A DNA stretch of 64,000 nt, taken from IMG/VR virus record IMGVR_UViG_3300032087_004763, positions 78,382 to 142,381 of that record. One strand, 5' to 3'. This DNA is from a virus. The notes under the pieces were generated by a model that did not search any database, was not told where the DNA came from, and worked only from the letters and a program-made list of their open reading frames with translations. Positions 30,498 to 38,990 of the stretch are shown in pieces; position 1 is the stretch's first letter, and every line of letters starts with the position of its first letter. The position numbers and the translations under genes are program-made.

Positions 30498-30938
30498 TTA
30501 TCTCAACCTCACTAGATCTACTTCTAATACTACGTTTTCTAGAGTCGTAATGACGGTAAACTCAACGTTGACAGTCATCGAATTAAAATCTGGATTAAGC
30601 GATACGTTAACTGCTTTTACTCTTGCCCTTGGCTCATAGTTCTCAATCGCTTGTGCGACTTGTTCTTGTATGTCTAATTCAGAAAACTCTTCTGACAGCT
30701 CAAATAAAAACTCATTTAATCCACCGCCAAAGTACGGATCAAAAGGTTTCTCTGTTGGGTTTGTCATCAGAATATTCTTGACAGATTGCTTTACGGCTGC
30801 AGCATCTGTTTTTTTAAAGATATCACCAGATGACTTCTTTGCAAAAGTCAAATCAATATCTTTGTATAGTCTTGTAACCGAAGATGTTAACGGTACCTTT
30901 GCTAGATTACCGTCTTCGATTGAAAATGCTTTTGCCAT
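30498..30938 (-). CDS. Baseplate wedge subunit gp25
   Basis: YKDIDLTF, AVKQSVKNILMTN..EKPF.P.FG, IENYEPR. Confidence 0.9.
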   Translation of the reverse strand: MAKAFSIEDGNLAKVPLTSSVTRLYKDIDLTFAKKSSGDIFKKTDAAAVKQSVKNILMTNPTEKPFDPYFGGGLNEFLFELSEEFSELDIQEQVAQAIENYEPRARVKAVNVSLNPDFNSMTVNVEFTVITTLENVVLEVDLVRLR

Positions 30939-30957
30939 AGTAGAAACTCTTTTCTTT

Positions 30958-30965
30958 TATTTATA
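30958..30965 (-). promoter_or_regulatory. T4-type late promoter TATAAATA
   Basis: Consensus upstream of gp25. Confidence 0.7.
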
Positions 30966-30971
30966 ACTCTT

Positions 30972-31634
30972 TTAAGCAATTGCGGTTAAAGTCAATACCG
31001 GTTTCGATAAATCTAAAGACGCTTGTCCATCCGATCTTGCAAGAGGGCGATATGGTGCATGCCATTCTCCATAGTGACTAGTATTATACCGTCTGGTTTT
31101 TATTGCAAGTGTTTTACTTGTGGTCCAAGACGTAAAATATGCCTTATCCAAATCTTCAGTATCTGCATTACAATTAATAACAAATTCCATATCAATCCTA
31201 TCAGCCTGAATGGCTTCAAGATGAAATTCATACGATCTGACTGAAACATTGTCAATGACAAAATCCATATAGTTAATTGGATCCCCAGCTATAATTGCAT
31301 ATGCTGCAGTTAATTTATAAATTACTTTTGTGGCAGCTGGTGGTGGAATGTAAGTAATCGAGCTTCCTGGCATTGTCTCAAACGTATTACTATTATTTCC
31401 ATCAATCCACTGAGCAGTAACCTCAGGCCATGTAAATGTTCCAGACGCTCCAGTCAATTGTGATCCATCACATATGCTTGACAACTGTTCAATAATTGTT
31501 CCTTTAGGATAGCTGTTAATTACTAGTTGCGAATATGAAATTGTTCCAGTAGTACTAATATTCCCAGCCGTGACCGTTCCAGGAGTAGTAATATTACCAC
31601 TTATATTTAAATTTTCTACTGATAAATTACTCAT
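30972..31634 (-). CDS. Putative virion protein
   Basis: Fibre-like N-terminus; GSSITY.PP.ATKVIYK. Confidence 0.55.
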   Translation of the reverse strand: MSNLSVENLNISGNITTPGTVTAGNISTTGTISYSQLVINSYPKGTIIEQLSSICDGSQLTGASGTFTWPEVTAQWIDGNNSNTFETMPGSSITYIPPPAATKVIYKLTAAYAIIAGDPINYMDFVIDNVSVRSYEFHLEAIQADRIDMEFVINCNADTEDLDKAYFTSWTTSKTLAIKTRRYNTSHYGEWHAPYRPLARSDGQASLDLSKPVLTLTAIA

Positions 31635-31642
31635 TTTATCTC

Positions 31643-32443
31643 CTATGATTTTTGATATATTTCAGATAATTTAATAATACTTACGCCCTGTTCATCACCT
31701 TGTGCTGGAGGACCTGATCCAACATCATTTAAGACAAAACTCATGGATGAGGTGGGTGCATTACTTGATCCAAATGCAATACCGTATCTTAGCTCGTTAG
31801 TAGTTGCTGGTTTGTCAAAGTATATAAAACTATGCTGCTGCGAAGTGTTACCAATATGCGCATATACTCCCCAATAGTTTGGATGATGTTTATTATTATA
31901 ACCTTCATATCCTGCTGTAGTAATTAGCTCGCCGTCTTTTACTATTCTAAATCCACTATCAGCGCTTGTAGAGATACCATTAATTGATACCTCCATCATA
32001 ATTAAACTAGTTGTGTACTTAGGTTTAATTTTAGTTTCTAATGGAGTTATTATTGCACCAGGAAATGGATGATTTGAAGCTACGTAGTATTGTGAGGCAG
32101 CATCTTCTCGAGTAAAAACAGTTTGTATTATCTCACCATGTCTATTATCTTCTGAAAAATTTTGAAAGATATTTGGATCCATTATAAACAGATCAGCAGA
32201 ATCATCAAGTGTTACCGTAATACCAGATGGAATCGTCAATGTGTCTGCAGTAAAAAGCGCACTCTGACCAGCAGACAAACTAAGATTTTTAGTAACCTGA
32301 TTTGACCCTAAACGAACGGGTGGATCAGTAAATTCTACAATTTTATTTGCATCGGTCGATGCCGTTCGTGGTAAAAAATAAATCACCTCGCCACTCGAAT
32401 CAACGAAAGCAAGCTTATTATCTTTTACAATCATATCAGTCAT
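31643..32443 (-). CDS. Putative virion/fibre-like protein
   Basis: G.IIQTV...IKPKYTTSLI...DKPATTNELRY...S.IKLSEI fibre-tip-like domain. Confidence 0.55.
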   Translation of the reverse strand: MTDMIVKDNKLAFVDSSGEVIYFLPRTASTDANKIVEFTDPPVRLGSNQVTKNLSLSAGQSALFTADTLTIPSGITVTLDDSADLFIMDPNIFQNFSEDNRHGEIIQTVFTREDAASQYYVASNHPFPGAIITPLETKIKPKYTTSLIMMEVSINGISTSADSGFRIVKDGELITTAGYEGYNNKHHPNYWGVYAHIGNTSQQHSFIYFDKPATTNELRYGIAFGSSNAPTSSMSFVLNDVGSGPPAQGDEQGVSIIKLSEIYQKS

Positions 32444-32446
32444 AAT

Positions 32447-33163
32447 TTATCCCTTGGGTTTCGATGTTGTTCCAGCAGCAAGACCCGCGTTATCGACGTG
32501 AGTATGCTGAGTTTGTGTAATTCCGTTCACGGTAATCTCACCTGAACCAAATGTCTGATTTGTTGAGGATGCCTGTACATTTACCGCTGATCCGCCATCA
32601 ATGTACACACCATTCCCTTTAATCACAATCTGACCATCTGGATGAAATTCAATAAACGATCCTGACTTATGCCTAATGTGAATGCGTTCTGCATCTGGTG
32701 TATCATCAATCTCAATCACGTGACCAGATGTTGTTTGCGTTACTTTGTTGTTCGGGTACACGGCTGCGTACGGATCACCCGGGGCACCCGACACGCTCAC
32801 GGATTTTGTTAGTGTATTCTCACCACGAGTAAGTTTATTTGTTGATGGGGCATCTCTTCCATCACCTTCATACTTTGGCAATGATCCAAAGATAAGTGGT
32901 AATTGAGAATCACCACCATCAAGAAAAATACCAAACACAAGTGCATTAACTTGAATGCCTAACGGATTTCCTAACCCATTTGTTCCACCTTCAGTAATCG
33001 GTGTGACGACCTGGGCCCATGGTAAGTCATCATCTTTAATTAGATCCGTATCATCGTGAATTCCGTATATTCTAACCTTGATTCGAGCAAGTTGCTTTGG
33101 ATCGTTAATATCAACAACCTCTCCCATAAACCATCGTGTCTGATCGCCATAAAAATCTATCAT
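32447..33163 (-). CDS. Baseplate central spike gp5-like (OB fold + beta-helix, no lysozyme domain)
   Basis: WFMGEVVDINDP...R.KVRIYG.H, LPWA, YPNNKV..T.SGHVIEIDDTP..ERI...H.SG, C-terminal HTH. Confidence 0.85.
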   Translation of the reverse strand: MIDFYGDQTRWFMGEVVDINDPKQLARIKVRIYGIHDDTDLIKDDDLPWAQVVTPITEGGTNGLGNPLGIQVNALVFGIFLDGGDSQLPLIFGSLPKYEGDGRDAPSTNKLTRGENTLTKSVSVSGAPGDPYAAVYPNNKVTQTTSGHVIEIDDTPDAERIHIRHKSGSFIEFHPDGQIVIKGNGVYIDGGSAVNVQASSTNQTFGSGEITVNGITQTQHTHVDNAGLAAGTTSKPKG

Positions 33164-34467
33164 AAACGTTGATTTCCTAGTTTAAGACATGATAGTCTTA
33201 CATTACATCCTTCGCTCTTAAACACATATTGGGTAGCAAAGATTAGGTAGTCGCCTGATTTTTTAGGATCGATCTGCGATTCTTCTTTCCTTTCTGGTGA
33301 TGATACAGGAAACTCGAGTCTAATATTGTTACCAGTCGCTGAGGCAACATCACCATCAATAAAATCAATACCATGAACATCCACCTGTATAGGAGCCTTC
33401 TTGAGTAGACCAAACACTGCATCTGATATCACATTTAACTTGTACTCAGCCTTACTATTACTTTCTAGATACGAGTTTCGATTGTCAAAAGCAGAGGATC
33501 CACCGACACGCGTAATCATTCTTGAAGAATATTTATTGAACGATTGCTCATTGTGTTTATAGTCCGACGAGTACATTGGATTTGGCTGAGTGTCTTTAAA
33601 TAAATCTGAGTTGATTGCTGGTTTAATGAAGTCTTTTTCTATGTCAAAGTGAAACTTATTCTTTTGATTTTTTAGCGTATCAATGTATTGGTAATCTGCT
33701 CCAATGAATCCTCTTCTGATAAGCATCAATAGCTCATCAGTATTTTTTTGATCATAACCACGGATTGTTCTTCTTTGTACATCATGAGACTTTCCTCTCG
33801 AAGCACCAGAGAAATAACGATATGGAACATCAGCATTCATTACTGGTTGCTCTAAGAGTGAACCGAGATCTGCAAAGATAAGCTTGTTACCTACAAGCGT
33901 CGAGTACAGGTAAAATGGATATCCGTTATTAGTAGTTGCCCTTTGAGTAATCCATGACATTGCGCCTAATGGAGAAAGATTAGGAACAATCACTTTCATC
34001 GATTGCTTATCTGTTTCTGTACTGTATACTTCTTTACCTAGATAGTTTTTAGCAAGTTTTTTTACAATCTGAGTACACGTATTTGAGTACGGTCTGTTCA
34101 CGTTATATAAGCTTGAGATATATCCAATGTCTTCAATTAGATGAAGAACGACAAATCGATTATTGTCATTTACGTTTTGATCGATTTTGATACTGTCAAT
34201 ATAGAAAGTTTTTGTAATAGTGACTGCATTCTTTCTTATGCTTTTTATATTGACAGTAATTTTCTCAGCTCCAAGTACATCTGCACCTGAGATAAATTTT
34301 CTAGAATCCTCAAGGGCTAACACCGCAGTAAGGTATGGTTTACCCATATGCTCGTATATGTCAAGGTCGGTTACAGAAGGTGCTAAATCAACTGTACCGG
34401 TAATTCTATCTGACTCAAAGAGAATGCTTTCAAAAGCAAAATCTTTTGCTGCTTCTGTTGCTATCAA
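33160..34467 (-). CDS. Baseplate hub protein (gp27-like)
   Basis: Between gp5 and gp53; IYE....PYLTA, IVPNLSP, SGDYLI. Confidence 0.65.
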   Translation of the reverse strand: MIATEAAKDFAFESILFESDRITGTVDLAPSVTDLDIYEHMGKPYLTAVLALEDSRKFISGADVLGAEKITVNIKSIRKNAVTITKTFYIDSIKIDQNVNDNNRFVVLHLIEDIGYISSLYNVNRPYSNTCTQIVKKLAKNYLGKEVYSTETDKQSMKVIVPNLSPLGAMSWITQRATTNNGYPFYLYSTLVGNKLIFADLGSLLEQPVMNADVPYRYFSGASRGKSHDVQRRTIRGYDQKNTDELLMLIRRGFIGADYQYIDTLKNQKNKFHFDIEKDFIKPAINSDLFKDTQPNPMYSSDYKHNEQSFNKYSSRMITRVGGSSAFDNRNSYLESNSKAEYKLNVISDAVFGLLKKAPIQVDVHGIDFIDGDVASATGNNIRLEFPVSSPERKEESQIDPKKSGDYLIFATQYVFKSEGCNVRLSCLKLGNQRL

Positions 34468-35192
34468 CTTGCTATTGCCCCACGGAATGCATTAATGACT
34501 TGATTGATAGAGTCTGGTTTAATGATTCGAATATCCTTCAATTCATCATTCAGGGATATGTATCTGTCTTGATTAGTGATCTCATTAACAAGTACACCAG
34601 GTCCGACTGTAGGATCAATATCAACATATTCCTTATTAGAGTTTTCATAATGATGTGCAGCAAGATACTCTAATGAAGATGATGTAAGAGTGATTTGTTC
34701 TAGTACTCCATCGCTGTTTGTAGATGAAATAAGTTCACCTGCAGAGAAATTACCTACGATACTCGATAGTATTACCTGGCCTAAATCCACATTTTTATGT
34801 AAGATGGTTCCTGTTGCACCGGATACGACACCTTCTACAGTCTGACCTACTTTAAACTTTCCAGCGAGAGGCGTTCTCGTTACAAGCGTCGTATTTGGAT
34901 AATCAGCTATCGCCTTTGCTGTAATTTCTCTGTTTGTCAGTGGCCATCCTCTCTCACGGATATGATTGTTTAATGCAAAAAAAGTCCAGTGATAATCAGT
35001 TGTACCATAGAGTTTAAATGAAGTTTGATCAGGTCTTTCAAATTCTGATATCGTATAGTCAAAGTAAAACGCCACATTCTCTTTAACCTCATCTAGAACG
35101 CTAGCATATCGAGATATATTTACGAATACATCAGATAAAGTTTCGTTACCAAATTTATAATTAACCTTTGGAAAATATTGAAAGTACGGCAT
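34464..35192 (-). CDS. Baseplate wedge subunit gp53
   Basis: YFQYFPKV.Y, ERPDQ.S.KLYG..DYHWTF, N...K.IRIIKP. Confidence 0.85.
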   Translation of the reverse strand: MPYFQYFPKVNYKFGNETLSDVFVNISRYASVLDEVKENVAFYFDYTISEFERPDQTSFKLYGTTDYHWTFFALNNHIRERGWPLTNREITAKAIADYPNTTLVTRTPLAGKFKVGQTVEGVVSGATGTILHKNVDLGQVILSSIVGNFSAGELISSTNSDGVLEQITLTSSSLEYLAAHHYENSNKEYVDIDPTVGPGVLVNEITNQDRYISLNDELKDIRIIKPDSINQVINAFRGAIAS

Positions 35193-36292
35193 CAGAATGA
35201 TCCCTCTGTATTAGTGGATGCATTTAGTACAGTAAACTTAGATCCTTTCGTAGGTGGATTCGAGATCAGTTCAACTTTAATTCCAGGACCACCCTTTCTT
35301 TCACCGCCAGATGATGCATCAAATGGACTATCAATATCTTTCTTGCTAAGAGTCCGATGCTCTACAAAGTTTAGTGCAATATCGACTTCTGTTGGTGTTC
35401 CATCTGGATGGAATGTTGCAGATGTCGGGTTAAATGTTGTAGAAACCGTTTCAAGATAGCAGTCTTTCATATGTGTACCATTTTGAATGTACTGACCATT
35501 TACCTTTGTAAAGGCTTTAATTCTAAATAATTCTGGATATTCATATCCAAGTGAAATGCCACCAACTTCAATATCCTCTGGATATGCGTGGTATCTAAAG
35601 AAGTTTACAATGTCAGTAATCGCCTTTGACTCTTGTGCACTAACAGGTATTAATTTAAAATTAAACGTAAATCTTCTCAGATTGACTTGTTTAAACATTG
35701 CACGAATATTTGGATTGAGTGCTGCTTGAGCTGCAAGAGAAGTTACATTTCCAGCTGTCTCACCAGGAATTAAGTTACCAATTCGAACTGCACCCAAACG
35801 TGAAACGTCTCGACCTGTAATCGCTCCGATAAAATCAGATATACCCTCAGTGCCGGCCTCGATTGCTTTGGCTGTAGCTCCCGCTAATCCAGTGCCTTGT
35901 TCAAGCGCAGCGAGTCCTGTTGCTCCAGCAGCACCAAGACCTGGAGTCTCATATTGTATTACATCAGTAATCTGTATTGCCTGAGGTAGATATAAATCAC
36001 ATTTAGATCCAAGTTGAAGTGTTGCTGGATCTCCACCAGAAGCAGACTCAAGTACAGTCGCGACTTGTTCAGACTCTGCTTCTCCAGTTACAGCTGATTC
36101 GCCAAGAGCTTTTGCAGCCTCAGTTGTTTGAGTATTTAATTTAAGATCAAGCTTTGGTGGAATTATTTTTATGACTTGAAACTGCAATTTTGATGCATAT
36201 CTGTCTCTGTCTTCGATTGGAAATGCGAATCGACCTTTTGTGAAAGGACCACCAGCTACCTCTGAACCCAGCTCATTGTATCTAAATGCCAT
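35192..36292 (-). CDS. Baseplate tail tube cap (gp48-like)
   Basis: LYLP, NPN...MFK.V.LR.FTFNFKLIP.S..E, C.L, L.F.E. Confidence 0.85.
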   Translation of the reverse strand: MAFRYNELGSEVAGGPFTKGRFAFPIEDRDRYASKLQFQVIKIIPPKLDLKLNTQTTEAAKALGESAVTGEAESEQVATVLESASGGDPATLQLGSKCDLYLPQAIQITDVIQYETPGLGAAGATGLAALEQGTGLAGATAKAIEAGTEGISDFIGAITGRDVSRLGAVRIGNLIPGETAGNVTSLAAQAALNPNIRAMFKQVNLRRFTFNFKLIPVSAQESKAITDIVNFFRYHAYPEDIEVGGISLGYEYPELFRIKAFTKVNGQYIQNGTHMKDCYLETVSTTFNPTSATFHPDGTPTEVDIALNFVEHRTLSKKDIDSPFDASSGGERKGGPGIKVELISNPPTKGSKFTVLNASTNTEGSF

Positions 36293-36324
36293 GTGTAAAC
36301 CTATAGATAGAAATAGTTTAATTT

Positions 36325-36332
36325 TATTTATA
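36325..36332 (-). promoter_or_regulatory. T4-type late promoter TATAAATA
   Basis: Consensus upstream of gp48. Confidence 0.7.
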
Positions 36333-36339
36333 TGGTTTT

Positions 36340-36840
36340 ATGGCATATTCTGGCAGATATCAAGTCATCAATCTGAACAAGTATAAAGGTAATCCCGATA
36401 TGGTTGTCTATCGATCGCTATGGGAGAAGTACTGTTTTATCTGGTGTGATACCAACCCGAAGGTCAAAGCCTGGTCATCAGAAGAGGTAATCATACCGTA
36501 CTACTATGATGTCGATAAAAAGTATCACCGCTATTTTCCCGATCTCAAGATTGTCACTGAAGAGAAGACACTCCTCATTGAAATCAAACCAGACAAAGAA
36601 ACAAAACCGCCAGAAGGACAAAGAAAAACAAAGCGGTATATCACTGAAGGTCTGACCTACGTCAAGAACATGAATAAATGGAAGGCAGCCGAAGAATATT
36701 GTAAGGATCGGAACTGGGAGTTTCAGATCTGGACTGAAGACACCCTGATCGAGATGGGACTACTATCAAAGAAGATGCCTGGAAAGATCAAGAAGCCACT
36801 CAAGCGTTTACCTCCCTATCGCAAAAAACCTAAAAAATAG
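36340..36840 (+). CDS. Head completion nuclease gp4
   Basis: KYKGNP..VVYRSLWE, WSSEE, HRYFPD, EIKP, N.KW.AA, TE. Confidence 0.9.
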   Translation: MAYSGRYQVINLNKYKGNPDMVVYRSLWEKYCFIWCDTNPKVKAWSSEEVIIPYYYDVDKKYHRYFPDLKIVTEEKTLLIEIKPDKETKPPEGQRKTKRYITEGLTYVKNMNKWKAAEEYCKDRNWEFQIWTEDTLIEMGLLSKKMPGKIKKPLKRLPPYRKKPKK

Positions 36841-36841
36841 T

Positions 36842-36849
36842 TATAAATA
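36842..36849 (+). promoter_or_regulatory. T4-type late promoter TATAAATA
   Basis: Directly before gp2. Confidence 0.7.
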
Positions 36850-36854
36850 ACATC

Positions 36855-37412
36855 ATGGCAAATCTATTTCAGAAATTAGAGATCGAAGCTTTTAGAGCTG
36901 GTATTACTCCAAGGACAAAAGAATCTATGGCTTGGTTCCGTCAAAAGGCAACCGAGTTAGGTCGTATTGGACCAAATACAGTGATGAATGATGATGCAAT
37001 AACGATGAAAACAAATGTCGATACAACATCGTTGAAGGGCTTAGACCAGCCACTTGGTAATATGTACATGTATTACTATGATCCAAAGCATAAAGAAACG
37101 CTTCCATACTATGATAGGTTCCCATTAATCATCATGTATGGTAAAGCAAAGGGTGGGTTTTATGGCCTCAATCTTCATTATATGGCACCGCCTCTTCGAG
37201 CAAAGGCTCTTGATGCAATTCTTGGAGACGGATCATTACCAGGTAAATATGTCAAACCGATGATTAAACATTATTTGTTCGAACACGTAAAAAGTAGATT
37301 TGCTTTAGTAGATAAACCAGAGTGGGAGATTGCTACCTTTTTACCATTAGCACAATGGGAGAAAGCAAGGGCGAGTACAGTTTATGCTGAATCAAGACGG
37401 AAAATGAGATAA
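36855..37412 (+). CDS. DNA end protector protein gp2
   Basis: YDPKHKETLPYYDRFPL, GLNLHY, KHYL..HVKS. Confidence 0.9.
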   Translation: MANLFQKLEIEAFRAGITPRTKESMAWFRQKATELGRIGPNTVMNDDAITMKTNVDTTSLKGLDQPLGNMYMYYYDPKHKETLPYYDRFPLIIMYGKAKGGFYGLNLHYMAPPLRAKALDAILGDGSLPGKYVKPMIKHYLFEHVKSRFALVDKPEWEIATFLPLAQWEKARASTVYAESRRKMR

Positions 37413-38074
37413 TGGCAAGTATTAACGAACTAAAGGCAATGGCCTCTACAAAGCTTGGTTTCGCGAGGTCAAATAACTTTCTAGTTGAGCTTCCGCAACT
37501 AGGATCCAATCCATTTGGAAGACTTGCCGGGTTCATACCATCTGTTCCAGGTCTGACGCCTGATGCAGTTGCATCGACAAGAGAACTTAATGTTCTCTGT
37601 AAAAATGCACAAATACCAGGAAAACAAATTCTTTCGCAAGATCGTAGAATCGGTATGATCTTTGAGAAGGTTGCATACGGATACGCGGTTGGCGATGTAA
37701 GTCTTTCATTCTATATGTTAAATGATTATAGTGTTATGAACTATTTTGATACGTGGAAGAAATCAGTGGTTGATGAACAAAACCTTACAGTCGGTTACAA
37801 GAAAGATTATGCTAAGCCGGTAAAAATTCATCAATTAAGAAAACCGCTAAAAACTATAGGTAGAAATCTAGGACCAATCTCTGTTGACATTGGCCTCGGT
37901 TCTGGAAGTGTATATAGTGTTGAGTTAGTAGATGCATTTCCGACTACTATTGGTCAGATAGATTTTTCGAATGAGCTAGACGGATTAGTTGAATTGACCG
38001 TACAGCTCTCATACACAAATCACGTGAGAATTAAACCCTCTCAAAACTTTATTAATGTTGACTTTGGTTTCTAA
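37412..38074 (+). CDS. Tail tube/baseplate-tube initiator (gp54/gp19-like)
   Basis: G.ARSN.F.V, LC..AQIPG, L.DAFP..I, V..SY. Confidence 0.75.
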   Translation: MASINELKAMASTKLGFARSNNFLVELPQLGSNPFGRLAGFIPSVPGLTPDAVASTRELNVLCKNAQIPGKQILSQDRRIGMIFEKVAYGYAVGDVSLSFYMLNDYSVMNYFDTWKKSVVDEQNLTVGYKKDYAKPVKIHQLRKPLKTIGRNLGPISVDIGLGSGSVYSVELVDAFPTTIGQIDFSNELDGLVELTVQLSYTNHVRIKPSQNFINVDFGF

Positions 38075-38085
38075 GGAGATATATT

Positions 38086-38802
38086 ATGGCTTTGCCACAG
38101 TTAAACACATCACCGTCGTATACGACTAAGGTGCCGTCGACCGGTCAAGACGTTAACTTTAGACCGTTTTTAGTAAAAGAGCAGAAGGTTCTTCTGATTG
38201 CATATGAATCACAAGACAAATCTCAAATCATTAAAGGCATCCTAGATACATTAGACGCGTGTTTAGAAACAGACATCGATGTTCACGCACTAACTACGTT
38301 TGATGTTGACTATCTTTTTACTCAGATCCGTGGAAAGTCAGTAGGTGAGAGAGTCGACGTCAAGTTAAAGTGTCAGAGCTGTGAAGAGTATAACGATATT
38401 CAGATTGACCTAGATGACATTCAACCTCCTACAGCTAAAGATTCAACTAGGATTATCGAGCTAAATCAAACTGTTTCGCTGCAATTAAAGTACCCAAGCT
38501 ATTCTTTGTTCCTTCGCAATCCTAGCATGTTAAACTCCGAATCTAGTACCGAAACAATCATGGAAGTCATTATCTCTTGTATGCATGCGGTACTAACGAA
38601 TGATGAAAACATTCTGTTAAAGGACGAGCCAAGAGAAGAGGTTGTAAAATTCTTAGACTCAATGACAGCTGGTCAATTTGAAATGATCACGGATTTTGTA
38701 GAAAAAATGCCAGCTATGAACAAAAAAGTAAACTATGCTTGTGTTAAGTGTGGAGAAAAGAACGAGAAGGTATTGAGTGGCCTTGACGATTTTTTATCAT
38801 AG
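38086..38802 (+). CDS. Baseplate hub subunit gp26
   Basis: MALP, FRPFLVKEQKVLL, FD.DYLF..IR.KSVGE, two CxxC, GL.DF end. Confidence 0.9.
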   Translation: MALPQLNTSPSYTTKVPSTGQDVNFRPFLVKEQKVLLIAYESQDKSQIIKGILDTLDACLETDIDVHALTTFDVDYLFTQIRGKSVGERVDVKLKCQSCEEYNDIQIDLDDIQPPTAKDSTRIIELNQTVSLQLKYPSYSLFLRNPSMLNSESSTETIMEVIISCMHAVLTNDENILLKDEPREEVVKFLDSMTAGQFEMITDFVEKMPAMNKKVNYACVKCGEKNEKVLSGLDDFLS

Positions 38803-38990
38803 GCCTCTCACATGAATCATTGGAAAACTATTATCAGACTAACTTTCAGTTGATGCAGCATCATCGATACTCGTTAGCCGATATAGAAGGAATGATGCCG
38901 TGGGAGAGGGAGATTTATGTAATGCTTTTAATCAACCATATAAAAGAAGAGAACGAGAGAGCTAAACAAAATGGCAGCAATTACTCTTGA
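38790..38990 (+). CDS. Baseplate hub assembly chaperone gp51 (-1 frame of gp26; first ATG at 38853)
   Basis: Not in ORF track: (FFII)GLSHESLENYYQTNFQLMQHHRYSLADIEGMMPWEREIYV.LL, the gp51-type signature. Confidence 0.8.
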   Translation, partial: FFIIGLSHESLENYYQTNFQLMQHHRYSLADIEGMMPWEREIYVMLLINHIKEENERAKQNGSNYS

